Source of the DNA: Patescibacteria group bacterium
Lineage (GTDB): Bacteria; Patescibacteriota; Saccharimonadia; CAILAD01; BJGX01
NCBI GenBank assembly: GCA_009691555.1
Contig: SICB01000002.1
Span: forward strand, 1 to 32,903
DNA: 32,903 nt
Direction of reading: 5' to 3'
Position 1 is the stretch's first letter. Each line of letters begins with the position of its first letter. Positions 8,841 to 17,351 of this stretch are shown in pieces. Position numbers and translations under genes: made by a program. The notes beneath the pieces were generated by a model. It was given only the letters and a program-made list of their open reading frames with translations, searched no databases and was not told the DNA's origin.

Positions 8841-9176
8841 ATGTGGTTAAATGTAACTATGACTGAAAAAACATTCCCCTATGAAGCCAATGATTTCCCC
8901 AACAAAAGAGCTTTCTACCCAAAAATTCTTCAAGACGATACTACAGAAGAAAATGATCAACACCTGTCTGACCCAGGAGAAGAAACAGGCAACCCAGGAG
9001 ATTTGGGTGGTGGGTACAATAGCCTAGGAGAGGGCAAAATTACCCCTCCGCCAACCGAGAATCCTTACTGGCCCAACCAAGAGCAGAGAGCTGCTGGCCG
9101 AGAAGGCGTCCAGAGAGCTCGCGAAGCACTCAAGCGACCTAAAAACCCTGAAGCTACTGCCGAAGACCCTAGCTAA
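8841..9176 (+). CDS. hypothetical acidic low-complexity protein (doubtful)
   Basis: 111-aa ORF in an otherwise empty spacer. It is convergent with rpoD and overlaps it by 8 nt. No clear SD, and the composition looks disordered. Confidence 0.25.
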   Translation: MWLNVTMTEKTFPYEANDFPNKRAFYPKILQDDTTEENDQHLSDPGEETGNPGDLGGGYNSLGEGKITPPPTENPYWPNQEQRAAGREGVQRAREALKRPKNPEATAEDPS

Positions 9177-10278
9177 TGTAGTCTTTGAGGCGCTTGCTGT
9201 CTTTGTGCTTGCGTAGCTTAGTGAGGGCTTTGGCTTCGATTTGGCGGATTCGCTCTCTGGTTACACCAAACTCCTGCCCGACTTCTTCGAGGGTGTGGCT
9301 ACGGCCGTCTTCGAGCCCAAAGCGCATGCGCAGTATCTTTTGCTCGCGCGGTGTAAGTAGCTCGAGAGTGTCGTCGATGTGTTCCTTGAGAAGTTCGTAG
9401 GTAGCGGCTTCTTCTGGACTGACGGTATCGACGTCTTGAATAAAGTCCCCCAAACTAGAATCCTCGTCTTCGCCAACTGCGGCATCGAGGCTGGTGGTGT
9501 CTTGAGATATCTTAAGAATATGATTAACTTTATCGACATCGATTTCCATCTCTGCAGCCAGCTCTTCTGGTAGTGGCTCACGACCGAGCTCTTGGGTAAG
9601 ACGACGCTGGGTGCGAATCAGTTTGTTGATTGTCTCAACCATATGGACGGGTATTCTAATAACCCGGGCTTGGTCGGCGATAGCGCGGGTGATAGCTTGG
9701 CGAATCCACCAGGTAGCGTAGGTACTAAATTTGAAACCCTTGTGATAATCAAATTTTTCGACGGCTCGAAGCAAGCCGGTGTTGCCCTCTTGGATGAGGT
9801 CGAGTAGGTCTAGGCCGCGGCCGATGTATTTTTTGGCGATACTAACCACCAGGCGCATATTGGCTTCAGCCAGGGCGTCTTTGGCGGCCTTATCGCCCTT
9901 TTCGATTCTTTTGGCGAGCGATACTTCTTCGTCGGCAGTGATAAGCGATATTTTACCGATTTCGCGCAGGTAAAGTCGCACCGAATCGTCGGCGATATCT
10001 TTAATGTTGGCTTCGCTGGTGGCGTTTTCGACATCTTCCTCTGGCTCAGTTTCCCAGAGTTTATCTTTTTGGTCGGTAACTTCAATGCCTTTATCGATGA
10101 GTTGCGAATACAGGTCGTCGAGCAAATCGACGCTGTCTTCGGCCTCGGGAATAGTGGCCTGGATTTCTTGCTGGGTCACGAAACCCTGCTGTCGTCCTTT
10201 GACAATCAGCTTTTCAATTGCTTCACTAAAATCGTTTGTTAGTTTTGGCTCTGGAGTCGATTTGGCTTTTCTAGGCAT
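9169..10278 (-). CDS. rpoD: primary RNA polymerase sigma factor (sigma70 family)
   Basis: Region 2 is [28 protein letters not shown]. Region 4.2 is [23 protein letters not shown]. It lies directly downstream of dnaG, the classical dnaG-rpoD arrangement. Confidence 0.95.
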   Translation of the reverse strand: MPRKAKSTPEPKLTNDFSEAIEKLIVKGRQQGFVTQQEIQATIPEAEDSVDLLDDLYSQLIDKGIEVTDQKDKLWETEPEEDVENATSEANIKDIADDSVRLYLREIGKISLITADEEVSLAKRIEKGDKAAKDALAEANMRLVVSIAKKYIGRGLDLLDLIQEGNTGLLRAVEKFDYHKGFKFSTYATWWIRQAITRAIADQARVIRIPVHMVETINKLIRTQRRLTQELGREPLPEELAAEMEIDVDKVNHILKISQDTTSLDAAVGEDEDSSLGDFIQDVDTVSPEEAATYELLKEHIDDTLELLTPREQKILRMRFGLEDGRSHTLEEVGQEFGVTRERIRQIEAKALTKLRKHKDSKRLKDYIS

Positions 10279-10285
10279 ATAGTTA

Positions 10286-12070
10286 TTAATCCTCGTTTAA
10301 TAGTGCTTGGTAATCTCTTAGGAGCTGTTTTGTTTTTTTGGTGTCTCCATCGGCCTCGGCTTCTGATAGCTGTCGGGCCAAATGGTGCTTGGCTTTTTGT
10401 CTGTTGATTTCTTGAATCCTGGCAACCTGGGTGAAGGCTTCGAGCCTAATGTCGTGCGCCGTCAAATCGGCGTAATTTTGTTCACCTCTTAATGAAAGTA
10501 TTTTAACATAATTTTCTTCTTTAGGCAACGCTTTTAAGACGGTCGCGAACTTTGCTTTGGGAGATTTTTTGAGAACTTCGAATATACTGCGGTGCAACTC
10601 CGAGGATTGTTCCAAATCTAGATCGTCGAGTGACGAGATGTTTTCAGGAAAAGCCAAGCAGAGTTCTAGCAGTATTTGCTCGAGCTTTTCTTGTCTGGTA
10701 AGCTTTCGCTTTTCGGAGGGGCTGTTGGTTGGGTCGGCTTGTGAGTCGATATCGGTCTGGATATCTGGGTTGGCCTGTGGTGGGGTCGAGGGGGTAGCCT
10801 GGGCCTTGGCTAAAACCAATTTGCCGATGCTCTCCTCGGTGGTATCTAGCAACTGAGCGACTACTTTAGTGTAATGTTGGCTTTCGATATCATCGCGCAA
10901 GCTCAAGAGCATCGGGGTAATAAACTTAATAAATTGTTTTTTGCCAGGTGCCGTGGTGGTGCCATATTTATCCTTGGCGATTGCTATTAGATAGTCTGGG
11001 GCGTACTTGGCGTCCTCGACCGCCTTCTGCCATTCGGCTTTGCCTTTTTTGAGAAGCTCATCGGGATCTTTTGCACCCTGGAGGCTGATGATATCAATTT
11101 TGACATCCATCGTTGCTGCGATATCGATGGCCCGAAGCGTTGCAGCAATTCCAGCCTCATCGCTATCGAAGCAAAAAGCGATATTGCCTGTCAGGCGAGC
11201 TAGCTGTTTTAATTGCAGTTGCGTCAGTGCTGTACCGCTACTCGCCACGACATTACTAAAACCAGCATTAGACAGCGCCACAACATCCATATTGCCCTCT
11301 ACCACAACAGCCAGGTCGGCCTGCCTGATGGCCTCCTTGGCCTGAGCCAGTCCATAAATGGCCTCACTCTTGTTGTAAATGGGTGTTTGTGGGGTGTTGA
11401 TATATTTGGCAGTTTTTTCGCTGCCGAGTATTCTGGCGCTAAAGCCCACCACCCGAGCTTGGGTATCGAAAACCGGAAACATCACGCGAGCTCTGAAAAG
11501 ATCGTAGGCACCCTTGCCCTGCTTGCCCTCGACACAGAGGCCAGCAGCAATCAGCTCTTCAACTTTGAAACCTTTTTTGGTCAGGTAGTTGGTGAGCGAT
11601 TCCCAGCTATCAGGCGAATAGCCTAACTTATAATTCTTGATGGTTGCCGAGCTCAATCCCCTGGTTTTAATGAAGTACTCCTTGGCCTTCTCGTTTTTAG
11701 ATAAGCACAAATGAAAGTAGGCCATTGCCGACTGGCAGGCGTCGTAGAGCTTGGTCTTATGGCTGGCGTTGGTTTGGCTCGATCCAGATCTGGGTGTGAG
11801 CTTGACTCCAGCTCGCTTGGCGAGCATCTCGAGGGCTTCAGGAAAGCTCAAGGCCTCCATCTCCATCACAAAACTAATAACGTCGCCGCCCTTGCCCGAG
11901 CTAAAGTCGTGCCAGATATTTTTGTCGGGGCTAACAATAAAGGATGGGGTTTTTTCGGTCTTAAAGGGGCTCAGGCCCTTAAAGCTCTTGCCGGTTTGCT
12001 TTAATGGCACGTAGCCGCTTATGACATCGACTATGTCGAGGCGCGATTTGACTTCATCTACATCGTTCAT
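10286..12070 (-). CDS. dnaG: DNA primase
   Basis: 594 aa. The zinc-binding-domain-like N-terminus is [39 protein letters not shown] motifs are [12 protein letters not shown] and FCFDSDEAG. Confidence 0.95.
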   Translation of the reverse strand: MNDVDEVKSRLDIVDVISGYVPLKQTGKSFKGLSPFKTEKTPSFIVSPDKNIWHDFSSGKGGDVISFVMEMEALSFPEALEMLAKRAGVKLTPRSGSSQTNASHKTKLYDACQSAMAYFHLCLSKNEKAKEYFIKTRGLSSATIKNYKLGYSPDSWESLTNYLTKKGFKVEELIAAGLCVEGKQGKGAYDLFRARVMFPVFDTQARVVGFSARILGSEKTAKYINTPQTPIYNKSEAIYGLAQAKEAIRQADLAVVVEGNMDVVALSNAGFSNVVASSGTALTQLQLKQLARLTGNIAFCFDSDEAGIAATLRAIDIAATMDVKIDIISLQGAKDPDELLKKGKAEWQKAVEDAKYAPDYLIAIAKDKYGTTTAPGKKQFIKFITPMLLSLRDDIESQHYTKVVAQLLDTTEESIGKLVLAKAQATPSTPPQANPDIQTDIDSQADPTNSPSEKRKLTRQEKLEQILLELCLAFPENISSLDDLDLEQSSELHRSIFEVLKKSPKAKFATVLKALPKEENYVKILSLRGEQNYADLTAHDIRLEAFTQVARIQEINRQKAKHHLARQLSEAEADGDTKKTKQLLRDYQALLNED

Positions 12071-12120
12071 ATATCTATTATAGTCTTATACCGCCGTTAT
12101 AAAAGCAAACCCAAATAAAA

Positions 12121-12149
12121 ATGTTCGGCTCAATGACTGAGCCGAACAT
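12121..12149 (-). terminator. rho-independent terminator after the 12164-12757 gene
   Basis: Perfect 12-bp stem atgttcggctca (12121-12132) with tgagccgaacat (12138-12149). On the minus strand it is followed by TTTTTATTT. Confidence 0.7.
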
Positions 12150-12163
12150 TATAACTTAGCTGA

Positions 12164-12757
12164 CTATCCTCTACCGTTCGAGTAAAGCACAGCGTGGGTG
12201 GGTACGGCTGCCTTGCCGTATTGGCCCCTAAGTCCGCGAATACGTGCATCACGAGCGTCGGCTAGTGATTCAACTTCGGCCCTACGACGGCTCTTATTCA
12301 CGAAATTCTCTGCATCTTTCAAGTCTTTGGATCGAACAGACAGATGCATGTACTTACTCTTAGCGTAGTTATCATATACGGACGAGTATAGAATCGTCCT
12401 GATGTCGGCCAACTCACTGGCAGAATACTTATCACGCCTGTCCCATTGGTCAAGAAAGAGGTTAACAAAATCGAAGCATTGGCTGCTTAGGCCAGGCTCT
12501 GGTTTACCCTTCTTCACCTTTTCTTGACTAAGCGTAGTGAGGTGCCCAACTGCACCTTTAATATCCGCCCTAGAAAACCCTACGTCTCCTGACGATGGGT
12601 AGTTGGCCATAACTTTATTGGCCAGATAATCCTTTATGATGACCATCTCAACGGTGTTGTATTTAACCGTCTCAGGCCAATGAACTGCCCAGTTATCGAG
12701 GAATCCGGATATCACTCCCTCGGATTCAGAGGATAGCAACCAGCGTTTTCTATTCAA
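12164..12757 (-). CDS. hypothetical protein (TTG start)
   Basis: 197-aa ORF with purine-rich SD AGAAAGGAAAG before the TTG, and its own terminator. I recognise no family. Confidence 0.5.
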   Translation of the reverse strand: MNRKRWLLSSESEGVISGFLDNWAVHWPETVKYNTVEMVIIKDYLANKVMANYPSSGDVGFSRADIKGAVGHLTTLSQEKVKKGKPEPGLSSQCFDFVNLFLDQWDRRDKYSASELADIRTILYSSVYDNYAKSKYMHLSVRSKDLKDAENFVNKSRRRAEVESLADARDARIRGLRGQYGKAAVPTHAVLYSNGRG

Positions 12758-12853
12758 TGACTTTCCTTTCTGGTACGGCGCCGTTTAGCGCGTTTTACAA
12801 GATTACTCCTTTATCGAGATTTTTTCAAGTCTGGACAGACAAGCAAACGCTGG

Positions 12854-14185
12854 CTACTGCCAGCGCCAGGTGTCTAGTATGTTTTTTGTGACCGTTTTAT
12901 CGAATTCGTCTTGGTAGGTCGTAGTAATAGCAACAACCGTGACAGTTTTGCCATCTTGCTGGTAGTTTTTACCCACCAATAGCAATGCTGCTAGGGAGTA
13001 GGTTTTGCCATCAGTAGCTTTGTATATAACCTGTGTGGCATCGAGACCGTCGAGCTTGATGACATCTGTTGACAGTACTGTTACGGACGCACTAGATATT
13101 GCCAAGTATTCGTCGATCTTTTGGTAAGGTTCTGTCTTGGTATCTACCGCAATTGTACTAATTGCTTTTTGGCCAAATGTAGATGGGCCAAAGCTGCAGT
13201 TTTCGTCTGTTGGGACAGAGTTGGGTATAAAGATAGCAAAGCTATAGCACTGCTTAGTGATGGTGGTATAGCCTTCGGGGGGAGTGGCTGGGCCAGAGCC
13301 TGACGAAGGTGTTGGCGTTGGTGTTGGTGCTGAGTCTGGCGTTGGTGTAGGCGCTGGGGTCGACTTTTTGGCAATAACTGCGAAGTAATAAACTCCGCCG
13401 CCGACCAAGGCGAGGCCCAAAACAATGCCAAGGATAATAAATATCATTTTTTTACTCTTTTTGGGTGCCGGGCCAGGAGTGCCCATGGTATTCATTGCGG
13501 ATACAGCAGCCCCCAAATTGGCGGCTCCCGGTAAAGCCTCTGGCTGGGCATAGCTCGGGGGCATTGGCTCAGGAGCTGGTGCTGGCATTGGCTCAGGAGC
13601 TGGTGCTGGCATTGGCTCAGGAGCTGGTGCTAGAATTGGCTCGGTGGCTGTTGCTGGCATTGGCTCAGGAGCTGGTGCTAGCATTGGCTCGGTGGCTGTT
13701 GCTGGCATTGGCTCGGCTGAGACACCAGGTGCCATCGAGCCATCATCCATAGCGCCTTCTATCGGCGTTACTGCGGCGTAGCTATCAGACATTGTTGGGT
13801 CCACCTGCGGCGGAGTTGGATTGGCAGGCAGAGGCATATCTAGAGTAGCAGATGGCTCTGGCGCGACAGTACTGTCAGGTGTGACTGGCATAAAGCTAGT
13901 GTCTGCAGGCGGGGCAAATGTCGGCTGATCTATTTGGCCTGCGCCCAAAGCATCATTCGGAGCTTGGGTACTGAGCATATCGGTATCGGCTTGGGCATCT
14001 TGTTGCCAGGCTGGGGCCGAATCCTGGGGGCTGGTTTGCGGTGAAAAAGTTGCCCCACCCTGCAATGACCCAGTCTGATTATCTGGCTGGCTGGCCGCAT
14101 CGCCTAAGCCCGTATTGCCTGCAGCAGCAGCTTGACCATCGGTCGTAATTTGATCTATCGGAAAGTTATTGTCTTGGGGTTGCAT
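12854..14185 (-). CDS. Pro/Ala/Thr-rich single-pass membrane protein with a C-terminal globular extracytoplasmic domain
   Basis: 443 aa. The long disordered N-terminus carries EPMPAPAP/EPMPATAT repeats. One TM segment is MIFIILGIVLGLALVGGGVYYFAVI. A PTPTP linker precedes a ~140-aa folded-looking C-terminus. Confidence 0.6.
   Translation of the reverse strand: MQPQDNNFPIDQITTDGQAAAAGNTGLGDAASQPDNQTGSLQGGATFSPQTSPQDSAPAWQQDAQADTDMLSTQAPNDALGAGQIDQPTFAPPADTSFMPVTPDSTVAPEPSATLDMPLPANPTPPQVDPTMSDSYAAVTPIEGAMDDGSMAPGVSAEPMPATATEPMLAPAPEPMPATATEPILAPAPEPMPAPAPEPMPAPAPEPMPPSYAQPEALPGAANLGAAVSAMNTMGTPGPAPKKSKKMIFIILGIVLGLALVGGGVYYFAVIAKKSTPAPTPTPDSAPTPTPTPSSGSGPATPPEGYTTITKQCYSFAIFIPNSVPTDENCSFGPSTFGQKAISTIAVDTKTEPYQKIDEYLAISSASVTVLSTDVIKLDGLDATQVIYKATDGKTYSLAALLLVGKNYQQDGKTVTVVAITTTYQDEFDKTVTKNILDTWRWQ
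13561..13720. repeat. in-frame 24-nt tandem repeat, about 6.5 copies in two unit variants
   Basis: Units gcattggctcaggagctggtgct(g/a) and g(c/a)attggctcggtggctgttgctg tile 13561-13704, with a partial copy after. They encode the 8-aa repeats PAPEPMPA and TATEP(M/I)LA. Confidence 0.85.
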
Positions 14186-14228
14186 GATTACTTTTTATTA
14201 TAGCAAGATTTTATCAAAGAGCTAGTGC

Positions 14229-15023
14229 TTAGCTCATTTCTAATGTCAGGCACTTCGCACCACCGCCAGATTTACGAAACTCTAGTATGGAAGTTCCGAT
14301 AACCTCAAAGCCGGCAGCTCGATACTTATTTAGCAAACTCTCCGATTCGTTACTAGCGACAATAGTTTTGCCATTACTCACGGCATTTAAGCCAAATCCT
14401 TTGGCCTCTTCGTGGGTGGCCTCGATAATATTTGGGATTGTCAATTTTAGCCTCTTTTGGCTTGCCTCATCAATCGCCGCTGGGTAATACGCCACCGTGT
14501 CATCAGATAATACCGTAAGCGAAGTGTCGAGGTGGTAAAAGTTTGGATCTACAATCTTCAGGCTGACAACTTCACAGTCGAAATACTCGCGCATTTCGGT
14601 AGCAGCTGCGGGGTCCGAACGAAAGCCATGCCCAGCCAAAATTTTATTTCCACACACCAAGTTATCTCCCCCACCTTCGAATAAATGCTCGGACAGCTTG
14701 GTATTTGTATATCCATTTTCGTGAAACCACTTTTCAAAATGAGCGGTCTCGGGCTGGCGTTGTGGGTATCGGAAGCTACTCAAAAGTATCTTGCCGTCTT
14801 TTATTAAGCAACAGTCGGTCGCAAAGACCATATCTGGCAAACCCTTAACAGGGTCAATTAGTTTTACATTCCAGCCCAGCTTGCGGGTATAGATACCATA
14901 CAAATCCTGCCACTGCTTGGTGGCAATTACACTATCGACACTATTGTCGGTGTGCATCCAGGAGTTTATTTCGTACTCTATGCCAAAGTGAGTTGGCTCA
15001 CACATTAGTATAGTTTTTGTCAT
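14229..15023 (-). CDS. amidinotransferase/DDAH-superfamily hydrolase (guanidino-group modifying enzyme)
   Basis: 264 aa. It starts ILMCEPTHFGIEYEINSWMH and ends with the nucleophile context GGGAKCLTLEM, typical of this superfamily. Confidence 0.7.
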   Translation of the reverse strand: MTKTILMCEPTHFGIEYEINSWMHTDNSVDSVIATKQWQDLYGIYTRKLGWNVKLIDPVKGLPDMVFATDCCLIKDGKILLSSFRYPQRQPETAHFEKWFHENGYTNTKLSEHLFEGGGDNLVCGNKILAGHGFRSDPAAATEMREYFDCEVVSLKIVDPNFYHLDTSLTVLSDDTVAYYPAAIDEASQKRLKLTIPNIIEATHEEAKGFGLNAVSNGKTIVASNESESLLNKYRAAGFEVIGTSILEFRKSGGGAKCLTLEMS

Positions 15024-15083
15024 CTTAGCAATTATAACAGCCCAGGCTTTATATATAAGAGTCTATCGGGCTATAATAGAGGC

Positions 15084-16406
15084 ATGAAAAAGACAATCAA
15101 AAAAATTGTTCAGCCAATAATTCCAAAGTCGTTGATCAACTTTTTTCACTTCTCGGAGTCGATTGCTGCGGCCCAGAAATACCAGCACCCAAGCAACAAG
15201 ATGATTGTGATTGGGTTGGTTGGTAGTAAGGGCAAAACCACGACTGCCAATATGCTGTGGTCGATTTTGAGTGCCGAAGGCCATAAGGTCGGGCTTATCG
15301 GTACCGCCAATATTCGCTTTGGCCAAAAGGAAGAGCTAAATCATTATCATATGACTATGCCGGGGGCCTTTGTGCTTCAAGGATTACTGGCAAAAATGTC
15401 GGCTATGCACTGTCAATATGTAGTTATGGAAGTGCCATCGGAGGGTCAAACCCAACACCGGCATGTTGGTATCAATTTTGATGTATTGATATTTACCAAT
15501 GTCACCAATGAGCTAATGGCGGCCCATGGCTATAGTATCGACACCCTGCACAAGCACAACAAGCGTGTCTTTAAGCGGCTTAACCACTCTAAACGCAAAA
15601 CTATCGGCTTGCAAAAGATTGCAAAGATAATTGTCGCCAACGCTGACAGTAAAGATGCGCCTGACTACCTGCTGTTTCAGGCTGACAAGAAAATTACTTT
15701 TGGTCGGTCCAAAGATGCCGATTTTAGAATCAGCAATATTGCTCAAATTCCAGATAAAATTAGTTTTGATGTTAATGGTGATAATTACACTACCAAAATA
15801 CTCGGTAAAATAAACGCCATTAATGCAACCGGTGCTATCGCTACGGCTGTTGCGCTTGGTATTAGCGACAGATCTATCAAACAAGGACTGGCCAAGCTCC
15901 CCACCATCCCGGGCCGTATGGAAGTAATCGAGAGCAAGCAGCCCTTCGCTGTGGTGGTCGATTACGCCCATGAGCAAGCCAGCATGACCGCACTGATGGA
16001 CAGTGCGCGCGATATGATACCCAAAGGTGCCAAGGTTATTACCCTTTTGGGTGCCGAGGGTGGCGGACGAGATAGTGCCAAACGCCCCGAAATGGGCGCA
16101 ATCTGCGCCAAGGGCTCGGACATAATAATACTTAGTAATGTTGACCCCTACGATGACGATCCTGAAACAATCCTTGCTGATATCGCGGAGGGGGCGCTTG
16201 GGGCTGGTGCCGAAAAAAATAAGACTATGTTTATTGTCCCCGACCGCCGCGAAGGTATTCGTAAGGCCCTAGAGCTAGCTAGCAAAGACGACATAGTACT
16301 AATTACCGGCAAAGGTGCCGAACAGTCGATGGAAATTGGCGGCCAGTCGATAGCTTGGGATGACAGAAAAGTTGTCCGCGAAGAGCTGGCAAAATTAGTC
16401 GGTTAA
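15084..16406 (+). CDS. Mur ligase family protein, MurE-like, with a short N-terminal domain
   Basis: The P-loop is GLVGSKGKTTTANM. VVVDYAHE and GAEGGGRDSAKRPEMG match Mur ligase central and C-terminal motifs. The position of the MurE DNPR motif reads NVDPY. Confidence 0.8.
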   Translation: MKKTIKKIVQPIIPKSLINFFHFSESIAAAQKYQHPSNKMIVIGLVGSKGKTTTANMLWSILSAEGHKVGLIGTANIRFGQKEELNHYHMTMPGAFVLQGLLAKMSAMHCQYVVMEVPSEGQTQHRHVGINFDVLIFTNVTNELMAAHGYSIDTLHKHNKRVFKRLNHSKRKTIGLQKIAKIIVANADSKDAPDYLLFQADKKITFGRSKDADFRISNIAQIPDKISFDVNGDNYTTKILGKINAINATGAIATAVALGISDRSIKQGLAKLPTIPGRMEVIESKQPFAVVVDYAHEQASMTALMDSARDMIPKGAKVITLLGAEGGGRDSAKRPEMGAICAKGSDIIILSNVDPYDDDPETILADIAEGALGAGAEKNKTMFIVPDRREGIRKALELASKDDIVLITGKGAEQSMEIGGQSIAWDDRKVVREELAKLVG

Positions 16407-16503
16407 GCTTTACTGCTACCCTCTAGATGTAAACAGTGCTGGGCACATCCCCACCATTGAGATAAAAAATAAAAAGATCAGCCCTTATTTGTCCTTACAA
16501 TAT

Positions 16504-16531
16504 GCCCAACGTGTGTACTTGGCACGTCATT
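16504..16531. repeat. left copy of the 28-bp perfect inverted repeat
   Basis: gcccaacgtgtgtacttggcacgtcatt is the exact reverse complement of 18577-18604. Confidence 0.9.
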
Positions 16532-16554
16532 AACACTCGTGGTTACGGTACGCC

Positions 16555-17148
16555 CTAATTACTAATTTTTCTAGCGATAATATCAAAAACATGCCAATGT
16601 TTTGGATTTCCATCCGCTGTTTTACCTTCAAATTCTTTTACGTCAAATAGTATCACATTCATATCGCCGAGCATCAATTGCGCTTCTTCTTTTGTAACAA
16701 AAGTCAGATTTTTATTCAGATGCCATTCATCACGATTTCCAAAAAATTGCCCACAAAAAATTCCATTTTTAACTAGAGATTTTTTTATACCTTCAAACAC
16801 GCCAGTAAACTTACTGGAATGGATAAATGGCAATGAGTATATAGCCGCGGCTACGTCATACTCATTTTGAGGAAAATCAAAATCAGCAAAATCGGTGCGG
16901 AAAAATTTCAGCTCGTTTGATTTAATATTTTGAACAGAGTCCTCCACTGCTTTCTCTTTATCAATAATCGTTGTTTCAAAGCCCTGAGAAAGTAAATATT
17001 TAGTGTCTTTCAATGTACCTCCACCGCCAATATCTATTGCTTTATTTTTGACTTTAACATACTCCATGGCTTTAACGAGTAATGGAGCCGGAGGATAGCT
17101 CTTTGTATTCTCAAAATAATTTTCCCAATCAATTGATTTGTTATTCAT
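16555..17148 (-). CDS. class I SAM-dependent methyltransferase (TehB-like size and motifs)
   Basis: I trimmed the start to MNNKSIDW (ATG at 17148), because the tracked N-terminal extension runs through the upstream terminator hairpin. Motif I is AIDIGGGGTLKD. The gene is about 33% GC in the two 60-nt rows I counted, versus about 50% in the neighbours. Confidence 0.75.
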   Translation of the reverse strand: MNNKSIDWENYFENTKSYPPAPLLVKAMEYVKVKNKAIDIGGGGTLKDTKYLLSQGFETTIIDKEKAVEDSVQNIKSNELKFFRTDFADFDFPQNEYDVAAAIYSLPFIHSSKFTGVFEGIKKSLVKNGIFCGQFFGNRDEWHLNKNLTFVTKEEAQLMLGDMNVILFDVKEFEGKTADGNPKHWHVFDIIARKISN

Positions 17149-17170
17149 GTAGATTATTATAACAAAAATT

Positions 17171-17214
17171 AAAAAAAATCCTACACAGTATACAATGATG
17201 TATACTGTGTAGGA
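17171..17214 (-). terminator. strong rho-independent terminator after the 27-aa peptide gene
   Basis: Perfect 16-bp stem tcctacacagtataca (17179-17194) with tgtatactgtgtagga (17199-17214) and a 4-nt loop. A8 at 17171-17178 gives U8 downstream on the minus strand. Confidence 0.8.
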
Positions 17215-17232
17215 TAGCACTACGGTCACAGG

Positions 17233-17316
17233 TTACGTTGTGCAGCCCTGACAGGATGCGCATTTCGCGGAGTAAAGCTTCTCAGCGATGCGCTTAATTC
17301 GTTCCTGACGTGTCAT
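17233..17316 (-). CDS. 27-aa Cys-rich peptide MTRQERIKRIAEKLYSAKCASCQGCTT (candidate RiPP precursor)
   Basis: Not in the ORF track because it is too short. ATG is at 17316 and TAA at 17233-17235. SD AAGGAGGTGAT lies 4 nt before the ATG. It is 35 nt downstream of the oxygenase stop and 18 nt upstream of the terminator hairpin. Confidence 0.5.
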   Translation of the reverse strand: MTRQERIKRIAEKLYSAKCASCQGCTT

Positions 17317-17351
17317 TTCTATCACCTCCTTCTTTCTGGGATCGTGCGGGT

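Noticed and set aside
13465-13752. Plus-strand ORF with repeats of the LAQELVLALAQELV type, and the possibility that the 24-nt repeats form a CRISPR array
   Set aside because: The repeats are contiguous with no spacers. They lie in frame inside a long, well-supported minus-strand ORF, and no cas genes are present. The plus-strand ORF is a shadow of the repeat.
14229-15023. Calling this gene arcA (arginine deiminase of the ADI pathway)
   Set aside because: At 264 aa it is far shorter than ArcA, which is about 400 aa or more. No arcB or arcC neighbours are present. Only the superfamily-level call (amidinotransferase/DDAH-like) is supportable.
17149-17229. The N-terminal 27 codons of the tracked 224-aa methyltransferase ORF (MTVVLSYTVYIIVYCVGFFLIFVIIIY)
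   Set aside because: This stretch is the translation of the 16-bp terminator hairpin and A/T run that follow the peptide gene. The methyltransferase fold starts at MNNKSIDW (ATG at 17148), so the extension is an ORF-calling artefact.
17233-17316. Interpreting the 27-aa ORF purely as a Cys-sensing attenuation leader for the methyltransferase
   Set aside because: This is not fully excluded and is mentioned as an alternative. However, the Cys codons are spaced C-x2-C-x2-C rather than in tandem. I could not find an antiterminator pairing that competes with the 16-bp hairpin. The ORF is positioned as the third cistron of an enzyme operon rather than directly behind a promoter.
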